Shown here: positions 42,886-53,435 of the stretch, piece by piece
Layout of the letters: each line of letters begins with the position of its first letter
Position numbering within the stretch: the first letter of the stretch is position 1
Origin: Pseudohongiellaceae bacterium
GTDB lineage: Bacteria > Pseudomonadota > Gammaproteobacteria > Pseudomonadales > Pseudohongiellaceae
Direction of reading: 5' to 3'
Assembly (NCBI GenBank): GCA_047627195.1
Contig: JBLHTH010000001.1
Location: 3,232 to 67,231, forward strand
DNA length: 64,000 bases
Notes under the pieces: model-generated
Database searches by the model: none
Told to the model about the DNA's origin: nothing
What the model saw: the letters and a program-made list of their open reading frames with translations, nothing else
Position numbers and translations under genes: made by a program

Positions 42886-44185
42886 TGGCACTACATTGAC
42901 TCTTAGTGAGTGGCTCGATCATATCTCGAAAGTCCATCCACGAAGTATAGAGCTGGGACTTGACCGAATTAAAGAAGTTGCTGATGCCTTAGATCTGGTC
43001 AAACCAGCAACTCGCGTGATAACCGTTGCCGGCACCAATGGCAAAGGAAGCTGTGTTGCCTATCTAGAGTCACTTCTAGAAGCGGCAGGTTTTAGCACTT
43101 GCGCTTACACGTCCCCCCACATTCATCAATTTAGCGAACGGATTCGAGTTCGCGCAGTTGATGTTGACGACGCATTGATTTGTCGGGCTTTCGTGGAAAT
43201 CGAAGCAGCTCGCGGCACAACCTCTTTAACTTACTTCGAATACGCCACCTTAGCTGCGTTGTGGGTTTTTTCACAACAGCCAATAGATTATGCGCTTTTA
43301 GAGGTGGGTCTTGGCGGGCGACTCGATGCTGTCAACATGATCGATCCTGATCTTGCGGTAATCACCAGCATTAGCCTCGATCATCAAGACTGGTTAGGCA
43401 GTGACCTAGAAAAAATAGGCTTTGAGAAAGCAGGAATCATGCGTAGCAAGGTACCAACGGTCTATGCAGATTACGCGATGCCGTTAAGTATCAGGGCGCG
43501 TGCTAATGAGCTCGATAGCCCGCTATATGTTCTCGGAGAAGAGTTCGATTTTAAATTAACCAAGCAAGCACAGAGCAATCGAATGAATTGGGTGGGAGTC
43601 ACCATAGCTGGTGAGCCAGCTACACTCGAAATTACAGACTGCGGCGATTTACATCCCGGAAGCGTTGCCGCGTGCATTCAAACTCTGAATTTGCTGGAAG
43701 TGACGCTTAGCGCGGAAAGTCTTAATTACGCTGTGGCCAGCGTTAAGCATCCTGGCCGCTTTGAGAAGCGTGTTGACATAGTTAGTGGACAACAGATGAT
43801 CCTAGATGTGGGGCATAATCCTGCGGCCGCGCAGTTGCTGAGCCAGAGGTTACAAATACTGCGAAAAGAATTCCCCCAAACCGCTAAGATAATTGCAGTT
43901 TTGGCTGTGCTCGCAGATAAAGATATCGAAGGTATAGTGCTTTCTTTACAATCTAGTGTCGATATCTGGTATATTGCGCAGATTGATGACCAACGCGCAC
44001 TTTCTCTTCGAGAGGCTCAGACAAGACTGGATATAGCCTTTCCTGAATTGATTTTTAAGCCTATCGAGACGGTCTTGGAGGCTTGCCAAGCAGCCTGTTT
44101 AGCGGCTGATTGTGGCGATACAGTTGTCGTCGTTGGGTCGTTTCATACCGTAGCCATTGCCAGAGAGCACTCGAGAGCAGCATAG
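42875..44185 (+). CDS. folC: Bifunctional folylpolyglutamate synthase / dihydrofolate synthase
   Basis: Contains the P-loop [31 protein letters not shown] and DVGHNPAAA. It overlaps the accD end. Confidence 0.93.
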   Translation: MRNSGTTLTLSEWLDHISKVHPRSIELGLDRIKEVADALDLVKPATRVITVAGTNGKGSCVAYLESLLEAAGFSTCAYTSPHIHQFSERIRVRAVDVDDALICRAFVEIEAARGTTSLTYFEYATLAALWVFSQQPIDYALLEVGLGGRLDAVNMIDPDLAVITSISLDHQDWLGSDLEKIGFEKAGIMRSKVPTVYADYAMPLSIRARANELDSPLYVLGEEFDFKLTKQAQSNRMNWVGVTIAGEPATLEITDCGDLHPGSVAACIQTLNLLEVTLSAESLNYAVASVKHPGRFEKRVDIVSGQQMILDVGHNPAAAQLLSQRLQILRKEFPQTAKIIAVLAVLADKDIEGIVLSLQSSVDIWYIAQIDDQRALSLREAQTRLDIAFPELIFKPIETVLEACQAACLAADCGDTVVVVGSFHTVAIAREHSRAA

Positions 44186-44186
44186 T

Positions 44187-44870
44187 TTGCAGCAAGCAAC
44201 TAAACAGAGAATCGCCGGCTCAGTGGTGCTAATCGCATTAGCCCTGATTTTTCTGCCCATTATTTTTGATGGTAAGGGAAGTTACGACACTCAAATCAGC
44301 AGTCGCATCCCACCTGCACCCGTCATTATTCCGATCGCAAATCCTGTGCCGACGCGGCCGGTAATTATTTCTAACCAACCAGATTTCACGGCAGCTCTAC
44401 CTGTAAGCGATGATACTGGGCTAGATCCTAGCAAAATCGAGCCAACAAATGCAGCTGCAGCACCAGTAACAATAGATTCAATAGTAGAAGCGATAATAGA
44501 TGAGTCATCAGCTAACCGAGGCACTCAAACAGCCACTGAGCTGGGGTCCGAGGGAGTAGAGGCGGTTGATTCTCAGCCAAGTTATCTCAGAGAGGCGCCG
44601 CAGCTTGGCTCTGACGGCTTACCTCAAGGCTGGAGTGTACGGTTAGGAACTTTTTCTGACGATGACAATGCCACTAAGCTTCTCGAGCGCCTGCTGAATT
44701 CAGGCTATAAAGCCTATGTCCGCGATATCGATGGAGAGCAGGCAACGTTGACCGCAGTATTTGTGGGGCCTTGGCTAGACAGAAATCGCGTTGATGATTA
44801 TCAAAAAGAACTTCAGGACGAATTCAAGCTTGCGGGTTATGTTGTTCGCTATACCATTGGTATTCCTTAG
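44187..44870 (+). CDS. dedD: SPOR-domain cell-division protein (DedD-like)
   Basis: The N-terminal TM segment (RIAGSVVLIALALIFLPIIFDG) parallels my recollection of the E. coli DedD N-terminus. The C-terminal SPOR domain is present (GWSVRLGTFSDDDNATKL...). The start may be TTG 44187 or the upstream TTG 44157, which overlaps folC. Confidence 0.8.
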   Translation: MQQATKQRIAGSVVLIALALIFLPIIFDGKGSYDTQISSRIPPAPVIIPIANPVPTRPVIISNQPDFTAALPVSDDTGLDPSKIEPTNAAAAPVTIDSIVEAIIDESSANRGTQTATELGSEGVEAVDSQPSYLREAPQLGSDGLPQGWSVRLGTFSDDDNATKLLERLLNSGYKAYVRDIDGEQATLTAVFVGPWLDRNRVDDYQKELQDEFKLAGYVVRYTIGIP

Positions 44871-44878
44871 TAGAGGGT

Positions 44879-45385
44879 TTGATTATTGCTTCCTTGAACG
44901 AAGTTGATGCAATTATTCTTGTCATTGCAGGTTTGTCCTGCCTGTTTGGGATCTGGCGTGGGTTAGTTAAAGAAGTCCTCTCTTTAGTGACTTGGATCGC
45001 AGCGTTGACTCTAGCTCGCTTGTACAGTGGCGTGCTTGCTGACTTTATGACCAATCTAATTAATAACGAAAGTGCGCGCTATGTCGCCGCTTTTGCAATT
45101 GTTTTTGTCCTTGTCATGATGATAGGCACATTGATAAATCATTTGATTTCAAAATTGCTGAGCATTACCGGATTAAAGCTAGTAGATCGTCTGTTGGGAG
45201 GGACTTTCGGCGTTGTTAGAGGCGCAGTGATCGTTGTTGTCATTCTGTTTATCACCGGTGCCTTCGTCAATGAAACGCCGCAGTGGCAAGAATCACAATT
45301 GATTCCTTATGGACTATCGTTGATAGAGTGGACGCAGTTATATATCGATATTGAGGACGTAAATAGCGTTGAACCTGTCATTTAG
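44879..45385 (+). CDS. cvpA: Colicin V production protein CvpA
   Basis: Four-TM protein with CvpA-like RGLVKEVLSLVTWIAAL, lying between dedD and purF. The exact start is ambiguous (TTG 44879 or TTG 44894). Confidence 0.85.
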   Translation: MIIASLNEVDAIILVIAGLSCLFGIWRGLVKEVLSLVTWIAALTLARLYSGVLADFMTNLINNESARYVAAFAIVFVLVMMIGTLINHLISKLLSITGLKLVDRLLGGTFGVVRGAVIVVVILFITGAFVNETPQWQESQLIPYGLSLIEWTQLYIDIEDVNSVEPVI

Positions 45386-45412
45386 GACAGAGTTCCGCAA
45401 TTGGAGCCAAGT

Positions 45413-46939
45413 ATGTGCGGTTTAGTTGGAGTAGTGACGAGCGACGATGTAGGGGTCTGTTTGTATGACACCTTAACTGTATTGCAGCATCGGGGTCAGG
45501 ACGCGGCTGGGATTATGACCTGTGATAACCGCAAGTTAAATCTGCGCAAAGATAACGGCTTGGTAAAAGACGTGTTCAGCACGCGTCACATGCGCCGCCT
45601 GACAGGGCAGATGGGAATAGGGCATGTTCGATACCCGACAGCGGGCGGGTCTAGCCCAGCCTTAGCTCAACCTTTTTACGTCAACTCCCCTTACGGTATT
45701 TCGCTTGCTCATAATGGCAATCTCACTAACTCATCAGAGCTAAGTCGCGAACTCTTCAAAGAAGACTTGCGCCATATGAATACGGATTCAGACTCTGAAG
45801 TGCTATTGAACGTATTTGCGCACGAGCTGCGCTTGCAAGGGAAGATAATACCAAAGGCAGATGATATTTTTGCTGCCGTGGCCGAGGTCAATAAGCGTTG
45901 CCGAGGTGGTTATGTGGCGGTTGCAATGATTACTGGATATGGCATCGTGGGCTTTAGAGATCCTAATGGAATTCGGCCACTGGTATTTGGCTCAAGAATC
46001 ACTGATTCTGGCAAAGAGTACATGATCGCGTCTGAGAGTGTCGCTTTGGACTCGCAAGGCTTTACCCTTGAGAGAGATGTAGCGCCAGGTGAAGCAGTTT
46101 ATATTGATGTTAACAACAAGCTCCATACTAAAGTTTGTGCAGAACCCGCCGTACACGCTCCCTGCATTTTCGAACATGTTTATTTTGCTCGCCCTGATTC
46201 TTTTATGGATGGTATTTCTGTCTATAAGGCACGATTACGCATGGGCGAAAAGCTGGGAGATAAATTACTGAAACTGCGTCCCGATCATGATATCGACGTA
46301 GTTATCCCAATACCTGATACCAGCAGAACATCAGCGCTAGAGCTAGCTAATCGCTTAGGCCTTAAGTATCGAGAGGGTTTTGTAAAAAACCGGTACATAG
46401 GCAGAACTTTTATTATGCCAGGCCAAAAGCAGCGGCAAAAATCGGTTAGACAAAAGCTTAATGCTATTGATTTAGAGTTTAGAGGTAAAACCGTATTGCT
46501 GGTGGACGACTCAATTGTTCGTGGCACTACCTGCAAGCAAATTATTCAAATGGCTAGAGATGCCGGCGCGAAAAAAGTTTATTTTGCGTCTGCAGCACCG
46601 GCTATTCGTTACCCAAATGTTTATGGTATCGACATGCCATCTGCCTCTGAACTAATTGCTGCTGGAAAAACCGATGAAGAAGTTCAAGAACTCATCGGGG
46701 CCGACTGGTTAATCTATCAAGATCTAAGTGATTTAATATCTGCGGCTTCAGAAGGTAATTCAGATATCGAAAGATTTGAGTGTTCAGTGTTTGATGGTGA
46801 CTATGTGACAGCGGGAGTGGACGAAGTTTATTTAAAGCGTTTAGAAAATACTCGCAACGACTCAGCAAAGAAATCCAGAAAAAAAAACGGTCAGAGTAAG
46901 CAGCAAAACCTAGTCGCAGATTTTCACAACGACTCTTGA
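45413..46939 (+). CDS. purF: Amidophosphoribosyltransferase
   Basis: The start must be ATG 45413, so that the Ntn catalytic Cys is residue 2 (MCGLVGV). A GGAG lies upstream. The PRPP motif [13 protein letters not shown] is present. Confidence 0.95.
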   Translation: MCGLVGVVTSDDVGVCLYDTLTVLQHRGQDAAGIMTCDNRKLNLRKDNGLVKDVFSTRHMRRLTGQMGIGHVRYPTAGGSSPALAQPFYVNSPYGISLAHNGNLTNSSELSRELFKEDLRHMNTDSDSEVLLNVFAHELRLQGKIIPKADDIFAAVAEVNKRCRGGYVAVAMITGYGIVGFRDPNGIRPLVFGSRITDSGKEYMIASESVALDSQGFTLERDVAPGEAVYIDVNNKLHTKVCAEPAVHAPCIFEHVYFARPDSFMDGISVYKARLRMGEKLGDKLLKLRPDHDIDVVIPIPDTSRTSALELANRLGLKYREGFVKNRYIGRTFIMPGQKQRQKSVRQKLNAIDLEFRGKTVLLVDDSIVRGTTCKQIIQMARDAGAKKVYFASAAPAIRYPNVYGIDMPSASELIAAGKTDEEVQELIGADWLIYQDLSDLISAASEGNSDIERFECSVFDGDYVTAGVDEVYLKRLENTRNDSAKKSRKKNGQSKQQNLVADFHNDS

Positions 46940-47025
46940 AAAGCTAATTTGAACACCGATTTAATAAAAATTTTATCAGGTGTTTTACCGGATAAGCCAG
47001 CATCAGCCAATATTAGCGGAATTCT

Positions 47026-48006
47026 ATGTTTTCTATCAATGCTGAAAAGTCAGTGCGCTCTAGTTTCGAAATAGTCGAAAGCCACTCATCAAAACTAGTT
47101 GCTAAAGCTGTTGCCGAAGTAGGGAAGGCGCTATTAGGTAAGGAGCATCAAATTCGCTTAGCGCTTTGCTGCCTTTTTTCTGGGGGCCATCTGTTGGTGG
47201 AAGATCTTCCTGGTATGGGTAAAACTACATTGTCCTATGCTCTAGCAAAAGCCTTAGGTCTAAATTATAAGCGCATTCAGTTTACCAGTGATTTATTGCC
47301 TGCAGATATTTTAGGTATCTCAATCTTCGATCAAACCAATTCTCAATTTACTTTTCATCCCGGCCCGATTTTTAGCCAGCTGGTACTGGCTGATGAGATC
47401 AACAGAACGACGCCTAAAACTCAAAGTGCACTGTTAGAAGCAATGGAAGAACGGCAGGTGACTGTGGACGGCGAAACCCGTAAGTTGCCCGATCCATTTT
47501 TTGTTATCGCAACACAAAACCCATCGACTCTTTCTGGCACTTATCCATTGCCCGAATCACAGCTTGACCGGTTTTTAATGCGCCTTAAGCTTGGCTATCC
47601 GGATCAAAGGGCTGAGCGCGAGCTACTTGAAATGTCTACCGAGCGAGATAAAATCCAAGAAGTTTCTCAGTGCTTGTCGCTTGCTGATATTGAGCAGTTT
47701 AGAAAACAATCGGCTGAAGTGGTCGCAAGTGAAAGTCTTCTGGATTATGTGCAACGACTTATCGCTTTCACTCGAGGCAAGGAAGAATACCATATCGGTT
47801 TGTCGCCAAGAGGAAGCCTAGCGATGATGCGAGCGGCTAAAACTTGGGCTTTAATGAGCGGACGCAATCATGTCATACCTGAGGATTTGCAAACGATATT
47901 GCCAGCGGTTGTCGCTCACCGTTTACGTGGAATCTCAGATGATGAGGGCAGCAGTGGGTTAGCTTTGGTTCAGCGTATGCTGAACGAAGTGGATGTCATC
48001 GACTAG
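47026..48006 (+). CDS. MoxR-family AAA+ ATPase
   Basis: Contains Walker A DLPGMGKTT, Walker B VLADEINRTTPKTQSALLEAMEE, ATQNP and SQLDRF. Confidence 0.9.
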   Translation: MFSINAEKSVRSSFEIVESHSSKLVAKAVAEVGKALLGKEHQIRLALCCLFSGGHLLVEDLPGMGKTTLSYALAKALGLNYKRIQFTSDLLPADILGISIFDQTNSQFTFHPGPIFSQLVLADEINRTTPKTQSALLEAMEERQVTVDGETRKLPDPFFVIATQNPSTLSGTYPLPESQLDRFLMRLKLGYPDQRAERELLEMSTERDKIQEVSQCLSLADIEQFRKQSAEVVASESLLDYVQRLIAFTRGKEEYHIGLSPRGSLAMMRAAKTWALMSGRNHVIPEDLQTILPAVVAHRLRGISDDEGSSGLALVQRMLNEVDVID

Positions 48007-48045
48007 ATCCACATTGTTACACGCATAATTGACAGCGGACGCACC

Positions 48046-49032
48046 ATGCGAATTAAAACTCTTAACGTTCGCTCTGCTCTTAAAGCGAGATTTTCTCGCT
48101 GGATGGCGGCTCGGGTTAAGCGCAAAGAAAAAGTTACTCTAAACAGGCAAATAATTTATATCCTGCCTACCCGCAGCGGCTTGATGTTTGTGTTTGCGGC
48201 AAGCTTGGTTTTTGTTGCTGCAATTAACTATGCCGTTAGTCTAGCTTTTGGCCTTGCTTTTCTAATGATAAGTATTTTCATCCTCGCAATCCTTCATGGC
48301 TTCAATAACTTAAACCAGCTAAAGCTTCGAGGTCTGTCTAGCCCCGCAGTATTCTGCGAGGACCAAGCTGCATTTAAAATAGAGTTAAGCCGGTTTCCCG
48401 GTCGCAATCACGAAGCTCTTGAACTTAGCTTCCCTGACTCTCATGCCACTTATGTTGATCTGATTAAGAATGATCAAGAACCGGTGGAAGTTTTCATAAA
48501 GACGAATGAAAGAGGTTGTTTTAAAGCCCCACTGCTGAGAATAACGACTAACTTTCCATTAGGTCTTTGCCGAGCGTGGTCTGTTGTTGATTTAGATTTA
48601 CAGTGCATTGTGTATCCTAAGCCAATGACCTTTTCGATGGCAGATTTGAGCGGCGGGTCCTCTAGTGAAGAAGAGTCAGCTTTCGTTGTCTCTGGAAGTG
48701 AAGATTATTACGGTCTGCGTGATTATGTGCCTGGAGATTCGCTGCGCCAGGTAGCGTGGAAGAATGTTGCAAGAGGTCAGGGCATGCAGCTAAAACAATT
48801 TGTCGACTATGTTGACAGCCAGGTATGGTTGGACTGGGATAGGTTTTATGGCAGCGTTGAAGAAAAGCTCTCCCGTATATGCTTCTGTACCGTCAAACTT
48901 GCGAAGGGGGGAAGTCCATTTGGACTTAAACTGCCGGGGCTTGAAATTGCACCTGGAGTTGGTCCGGAACACAGAGCAAAATTATTGAGAGCGTTAGCTC
49001 TATTTGGTAAAGCGGATGTTGGTAAAAGTTAA
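48046..49032 (+). CDS. DUF58 protein (MoxR partner), membrane-anchored
   Basis: Two N-terminal TM helices and the DUF58 signature GLRDYVPGDSLRQVAWK. Confidence 0.8.
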   Translation: MRIKTLNVRSALKARFSRWMAARVKRKEKVTLNRQIIYILPTRSGLMFVFAASLVFVAAINYAVSLAFGLAFLMISIFILAILHGFNNLNQLKLRGLSSPAVFCEDQAAFKIELSRFPGRNHEALELSFPDSHATYVDLIKNDQEPVEVFIKTNERGCFKAPLLRITTNFPLGLCRAWSVVDLDLQCIVYPKPMTFSMADLSGGSSSEEESAFVVSGSEDYYGLRDYVPGDSLRQVAWKNVARGQGMQLKQFVDYVDSQVWLDWDRFYGSVEEKLSRICFCTVKLAKGGSPFGLKLPGLEIAPGVGPEHRAKLLRALALFGKADVGKS

Positions 49033-49104
49033 TGTTGATAAAAGCCGGTGCCTGCAAGGCCATTCTGTTTTCGAATTCATTGAACAGAAAGGTAATCTGA
49101 AAGC

Positions 49105-51159
49105 ATGGACTTGAGCTATCAAATCCCACGCTCGGCGCTGATCTGGATATTGCTTTCTGTTACCGTAGTTCTAGTACCGCAGAGCATTCGCATGCCTGCG
49201 TGGATAAGTATTGTTGCCGCAGCTTGCATAGTTTGGCGTGTGTTAATTTTCAGAGGGAAGCTTAGCTATCCAGGTCGCTGGATGCGAATATTAATTGTTC
49301 TTTTTACGCTGGCTGTCTCAGTCTCACAGATGCGCTCGGTAGGTATTGGTTTGGACAGCGCAGCGGCATTACTCGCACTAGGTTTTGTCTTCAAACTCAT
49401 AGAGATGAAACAAAAGCGTGATATCTATGTTGTGATATCGCTGAGTTTTGTCATGACCATGGTCGCTTTTTTATACTCTCAGAGCATTGTCGCCACAGTG
49501 TATAGCTTGGGAGCTATAGTAGTTATTCTTGGCTCTATGATAGCGCTTAATCGTTCCATTAATGTTTTGGATAATTGGGGCACAGCCAAAATGGCCGGCA
49601 AGATTCTATTGCAGGCTCTGCCTTTAGCGGTTGTTCTGTTTTATGTGTTTCCTCGTATCGCACCACTGTGGGCTGTTCCCATTCAAAGCAGCGGCGCATC
49701 TACTGGCGTATCTAATGAGATGTCACCGGGAGATATTAGCAGTTTAGGTCGTTCTGGAGATCTGGCGTTTCGCGTTCAGTTTGAAAACAGTGAGGCTCCT
49801 GCGCATGAGTTGCTGTATTGGCGAGGCTTGGTATTAACGGATTTTGATGGTGAAACTTGGCGCAGAGAGAGTAATCGTTCATCTTTTTCTATTGCATCTG
49901 CACGTGCAGATAAGCAGCTGCAATGGGAAGGTCGAATGAGCAGGGCCGGGGTTGCGCTAGATTATAATATTATTCTAGAGGCTACGCAGCAGCGATGGGT
50001 GTATGGACTGCATCTCGCTGAAGCCATTGATGATGAATTATTTCAAAGTAGAAACTTCGAACTCTTTAACAATGGTTTAGTCACTCAGAGGCTGAGCTAT
50101 GATCTTCGTTCTTATCTTCAAAGCAAGACTGACTTTGTATTGGTTGATCGAGTGCGCCGCCAAAACCTTGAACTGCCCAGTGGTGGTAACAGTCAGAGTA
50201 GAGAGTTCGCTCGTCAACTGCGATCATCAGTGGTCAGCGATCGTGACTATGTAATGGCTGTATTGAGTCACTTTAGCCAGAACGAATATTTTTATACCTT
50301 AAACCCCGCGCTTTTAGGAAATAATCGAATTGACGATTTTCTCTTTGAAACTAGAGAGGGGTTTTGTGAACATTATTCAAGCACCTTTGCCTTTCTCATG
50401 CGCGCAGCAGGAATACCGGCTAGAGTCGTCATTGGATATCAAGGCGCGCAATTAAACCCTTTCGAAAACTACATGATGGTTTACCAATACAATGCCCATG
50501 CTTGGAATGAAGTTTGGTTGGAAGATGAGGGCTGGGTTCGCTTTGACCCCACCGGCGCGGTGTCTCCAGACAGGGTAAGGCTGGGAGTGGAAGCGGCGCT
50601 ACGGGACGACCCTGCCTTTCTTGAGCAATCCCTTTTTTCTACCTCCGGCCTAGGCAGTATAAATTGGATAAATTCGCTTAGATTACGGCTGGATGCGCTT
50701 GAATATGAATGGAATAGACGCGTTGTTAATTACGATGAGGATGTTCAATTTGAGCTTTTCGAAAAAATATTCGGTCAAGTTACAAAACAAAAAATATTAT
50801 TTCTTTTGTTTGGCTTGGCTAGTGTCGTGGTTATTGTAGTTGCTTCCTCGGTAATTCGATTTGAGCCAAAAAGAAAACGTGCACCGGTGCTTTCTCTTTA
50901 TAACAAAATGAGTAAGGATTTAGAAAAAATTGGCTTAGGTAGGATGACAGGAGAAGGGCCAATAGCTTATCGGGATAGGGTGGTCGCTGCGCGGCCGGAT
51001 TTGAGGGGCATTATGATGCAAGTTACGAGGCTTTACGTAGAAATTGCCTACAAGCGTCGGCAAGTGCAAGAGTCAGAGATTATCAGCCAGGCTAAGCAGA
51101 TTAAACGGTATGAGCGTCAACTTAAAAAGGCGCTACTTAAAACACCGCTGTCTACTTAA
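49105..51159 (+). CDS. Membrane transglutaminase-like protein (DUF3488 N-domain plus transglutaminase core; TgpA-like)
   Basis: About six N-terminal TM helices and a late TM helix. The Cys-His-Asp core is FCEHYSSTFAFLMRAAGIPARVV ... HAWNEVW ... WVRFDPT. Confidence 0.85.
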   Translation: MDLSYQIPRSALIWILLSVTVVLVPQSIRMPAWISIVAAACIVWRVLIFRGKLSYPGRWMRILIVLFTLAVSVSQMRSVGIGLDSAAALLALGFVFKLIEMKQKRDIYVVISLSFVMTMVAFLYSQSIVATVYSLGAIVVILGSMIALNRSINVLDNWGTAKMAGKILLQALPLAVVLFYVFPRIAPLWAVPIQSSGASTGVSNEMSPGDISSLGRSGDLAFRVQFENSEAPAHELLYWRGLVLTDFDGETWRRESNRSSFSIASARADKQLQWEGRMSRAGVALDYNIILEATQQRWVYGLHLAEAIDDELFQSRNFELFNNGLVTQRLSYDLRSYLQSKTDFVLVDRVRRQNLELPSGGNSQSREFARQLRSSVVSDRDYVMAVLSHFSQNEYFYTLNPALLGNNRIDDFLFETREGFCEHYSSTFAFLMRAAGIPARVVIGYQGAQLNPFENYMMVYQYNAHAWNEVWLEDEGWVRFDPTGAVSPDRVRLGVEAALRDDPAFLEQSLFSTSGLGSINWINSLRLRLDALEYEWNRRVVNYDEDVQFELFEKIFGQVTKQKILFLLFGLASVVVIVVASSVIRFEPKRKRAPVLSLYNKMSKDLEKIGLGRMTGEGPIAYRDRVVAARPDLRGIMMQVTRLYVEIAYKRRQVQESEIISQAKQIKRYERQLKKALLKTPLST

Positions 51160-51165
51160 ACCAAA

Positions 51166-51199
51166 GCTTAGCAGCCTGCCTAATTGGCAGTGCCTAAGC
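51166..51199. terminator. Imperfect hairpin between the convergent transglutaminase and yciH genes (candidate bidirectional terminator)
   Basis: GCTTAG..CTGCC / GGCAG..CTAAGC arms surround a TAATT loop, and the 3' arm overlaps the yciH stop. There is no clear U-tract. Confidence 0.35.
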
Positions 51200-51547
51200 T
51201 CCCGCGATTTTTACAGTATAGTCCTTCGCTAATGTTTCTTGTAAAGTACTGCGATGGTCGCCTTGTATCTCAATAACCCCGCCTTTAACTGTTCCACCAG
51301 AACCACAGAGCGTCTTTAATTTTTTTGCGAGGCTTTTCAAGTCTTTTTCTTCTAACTCGAACCCGCTGATTAAAGTTACACCTTTGCCTTTGCGGCCTTT
51401 GGTTTCGCGAGATAATCTGATGATGCCATCTGAGTGTGCTGGTAGTTTAGGTGTTTTTTCGCAGCGACATTTCGCCAGAGCTTTGCCGCATTGTTTGCAG
51501 CTATTATCGCCAGACGTGGAATATACAAGCCGTGAATTTGAACCCAT
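51194..51547 (-). CDS. yciH: SUI1-family translation initiation factor-like protein YciH
   Basis: NSRLVYST, GRKGKGVTLISG, CGSGGTVKGGVIEIQGD and KIAG are colinear with my recollection of E. coli YciH. There is an additional CxxC...CxC knuckle near the N-terminus. Confidence 0.88.
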   Translation of the reverse strand: MGSNSRLVYSTSGDNSCKQCGKALAKCRCEKTPKLPAHSDGIIRLSRETKGRKGKGVTLISGFELEEKDLKSLAKKLKTLCGSGGTVKGGVIEIQGDHRSTLQETLAKDYTVKIAGA

Positions 51548-51593
51548 AAGCTAGTTCGGTCTCAAGTTTTTAGAGTCTTTGACTAATTTGATA

Positions 51594-51619
51594 AGAGAAC
51601 CTTAGTGATTCGGTTCTCT
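51594..51619 (-). terminator. Perfect 8-bp stem hairpin between batD-like gene and yciH
   Basis: AGAGAACC, a 10-nt loop, then GGTTCTCT. On the minus strand it is followed by TTATCAAATT, which is only a weak U-tract. Confidence 0.3.
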
Positions 51620-51671
51620 GTAAAGTTCGCATCCTCGCTAGCGTTTCAACTCTAGAGCAGGCTCTTTTGCT

Positions 51672-53435
51672 TTACGTTTTGTACAAGGGTGGAAGCGCGT
51701 ATTTTTCTTGAGTTAAGCGCTGTCTGGCATGCTTTGCTTTTTCATTGCGTAGTGCCTTAACTAAATTGAGGAGCTCAACTGGCTGCCACTGACTTTTCTC
51801 TGGCGTGAAAAGTGCCGTTTGAATTTCCTGTGCCTGCAGTGCCAGCGCCGCAGCAGTAGTCTGGCTGAGAACATCTTCCATAGTGCGCACGCTATTGTTC
51901 TCTAAATAATGCTTACACCAGACTATTAAGGTCTTACGCACTCTTTGTAAATCACCACTAGCGCATGCTTGGGTGAGTTGCTTATAAGCAGTTTTCTCGT
52001 TGTTGACGGGGTCATACTTCGATGCAATTAAGGAGACTTTTTGGCCCACGTAGTCGCCAAGTTCTTTTTGCCGCGGGCTAATAACCAGTTTGTATATGCT
52101 TAAAGCCACGATAGCTAAGGCGCCTGCAATTAGCAGGTTCAGCCAAAAAGATTCTACTTCAATGTATTCCGCTTCAGCCTGTTCCTCGATGCCTTGTAAG
52201 TCCAGAACCGGCGTCGTATCAAGAATATCCTCTATGTCGATGGTACTTGCTATAGCTTGTTCGGAAGGTAATTCCCCTTCCGGGCTGGCGATTGTAAAAC
52301 GTGTTGCTGGCACGATGGTGACTTCTTGCCGATCTGTTTCAACATTCCACCAAGGAATTGAAATTTCTGGAATTTCGATAAGTCCGGCGTCAGTCGCGAC
52401 GATTGAGACGGTCTCAATTCTAGTTCCGACAATGCTTCCATCTACAAATGTTCTTTGAATGTCAGCGGGCTCTGGGTATTGATTAACACCTTCTATATCA
52501 CCGCTTAAAAATGGTGGCAGTACAGCACCATCTAATCCGTCAGCTATCATAGCGATAGTTCTCACGGCAGATTCTCCAATCTCAAGTTTGCTTAAATCTG
52601 TGCTCCAAGTTTCCTCTAACCTTAAATCGGTCACTGGAAGCCACATAGCCCTGTTCAATGCGCCAGCAGGTCTCTCTTTTATATCTACTGTAATTCCTTC
52701 GATAAAAGCAGTGACTCGGCGGGTATTTAAATTTCGAAAGACGAAGTTACTAGATCCGTCGGTCACTTCTCCACGAAATAAAATATCAGGGACTTCTAGC
52801 GGTCCGCTGCGCTGAGGAAAAATGACATAGCGTTTCTCGTAGACTCCATAGCGCACGCCATCGATTAGCTTCTCATATTGATTGGGCGAGCCAATCAATT
52901 GAATAACTGAGTCAGGCATTTCTAATTCAGTAAACTGTGGGTTTCTTATTCCGTTTATTGTGTAAAACAAGCGCACACTAAAAAGCAGCTGTTCCTGGAC
53001 ATACACCGAATCTTTATTCACTTCAATTTCAAGAAAGAGCTCTTCGCTTGATTGATTAGATCTAGGCCCCTGATTAGACACAGTGATTTCGATAGCATCA
53101 GTGGTGGCATTGTTTATATTCAGCGCTGGAATGGTCACAGCACCCTCGCTTAGGGGGAAGAGGGTGACTATGTAATCGGTCCAAGCCTCTACGGTGCCAT
53201 TGATACTTCTTATCTGGCTCGAAGTTCTCGTCCCGAGAACATCAAAGTCTGTTGTAAGGGGCGTAAGATCTAATTGCATGCCCTGACGCTGATCAAAGAC
53301 GCGGATAGTGAAAACCAGAGTTTCCCCTCTGGCCAATTCAGTTCTATCAACAGAAACATCGATTTCCTGTGCTGAAGCAACTAAGCAACACAGGGCAAGA
53401 ATGGCGCCGCTAAATAATTTAAGTAAATTGCTCAC
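51672..53435 (-). CDS. BatD-like (oxygen-tolerance family) protein
   Basis: Signal peptide, a large beta-rich ectodomain, a late TM helix (WLNLLIAGALAIVALSIY) and a helical tail. ATGA overlap with the upstream VWA/TPR gene. The family assignment is from memory. Confidence 0.7.
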   Translation of the reverse strand: MSNLLKLFSGAILALCCLVASAQEIDVSVDRTELARGETLVFTIRVFDQRQGMQLDLTPLTTDFDVLGTRTSSQIRSINGTVEAWTDYIVTLFPLSEGAVTIPALNINNATTDAIEITVSNQGPRSNQSSEELFLEIEVNKDSVYVQEQLLFSVRLFYTINGIRNPQFTELEMPDSVIQLIGSPNQYEKLIDGVRYGVYEKRYVIFPQRSGPLEVPDILFRGEVTDGSSNFVFRNLNTRRVTAFIEGITVDIKERPAGALNRAMWLPVTDLRLEETWSTDLSKLEIGESAVRTIAMIADGLDGAVLPPFLSGDIEGVNQYPEPADIQRTFVDGSIVGTRIETVSIVATDAGLIEIPEISIPWWNVETDRQEVTIVPATRFTIASPEGELPSEQAIASTIDIEDILDTTPVLDLQGIEEQAEAEYIEVESFWLNLLIAGALAIVALSIYKLVISPRQKELGDYVGQKVSLIASKYDPVNNEKTAYKQLTQACASGDLQRVRKTLIVWCKHYLENNSVRTMEDVLSQTTAAALALQAQEIQTALFTPEKSQWQPVELLNLVKALRNEKAKHARQRLTQEKYALPPLYKT

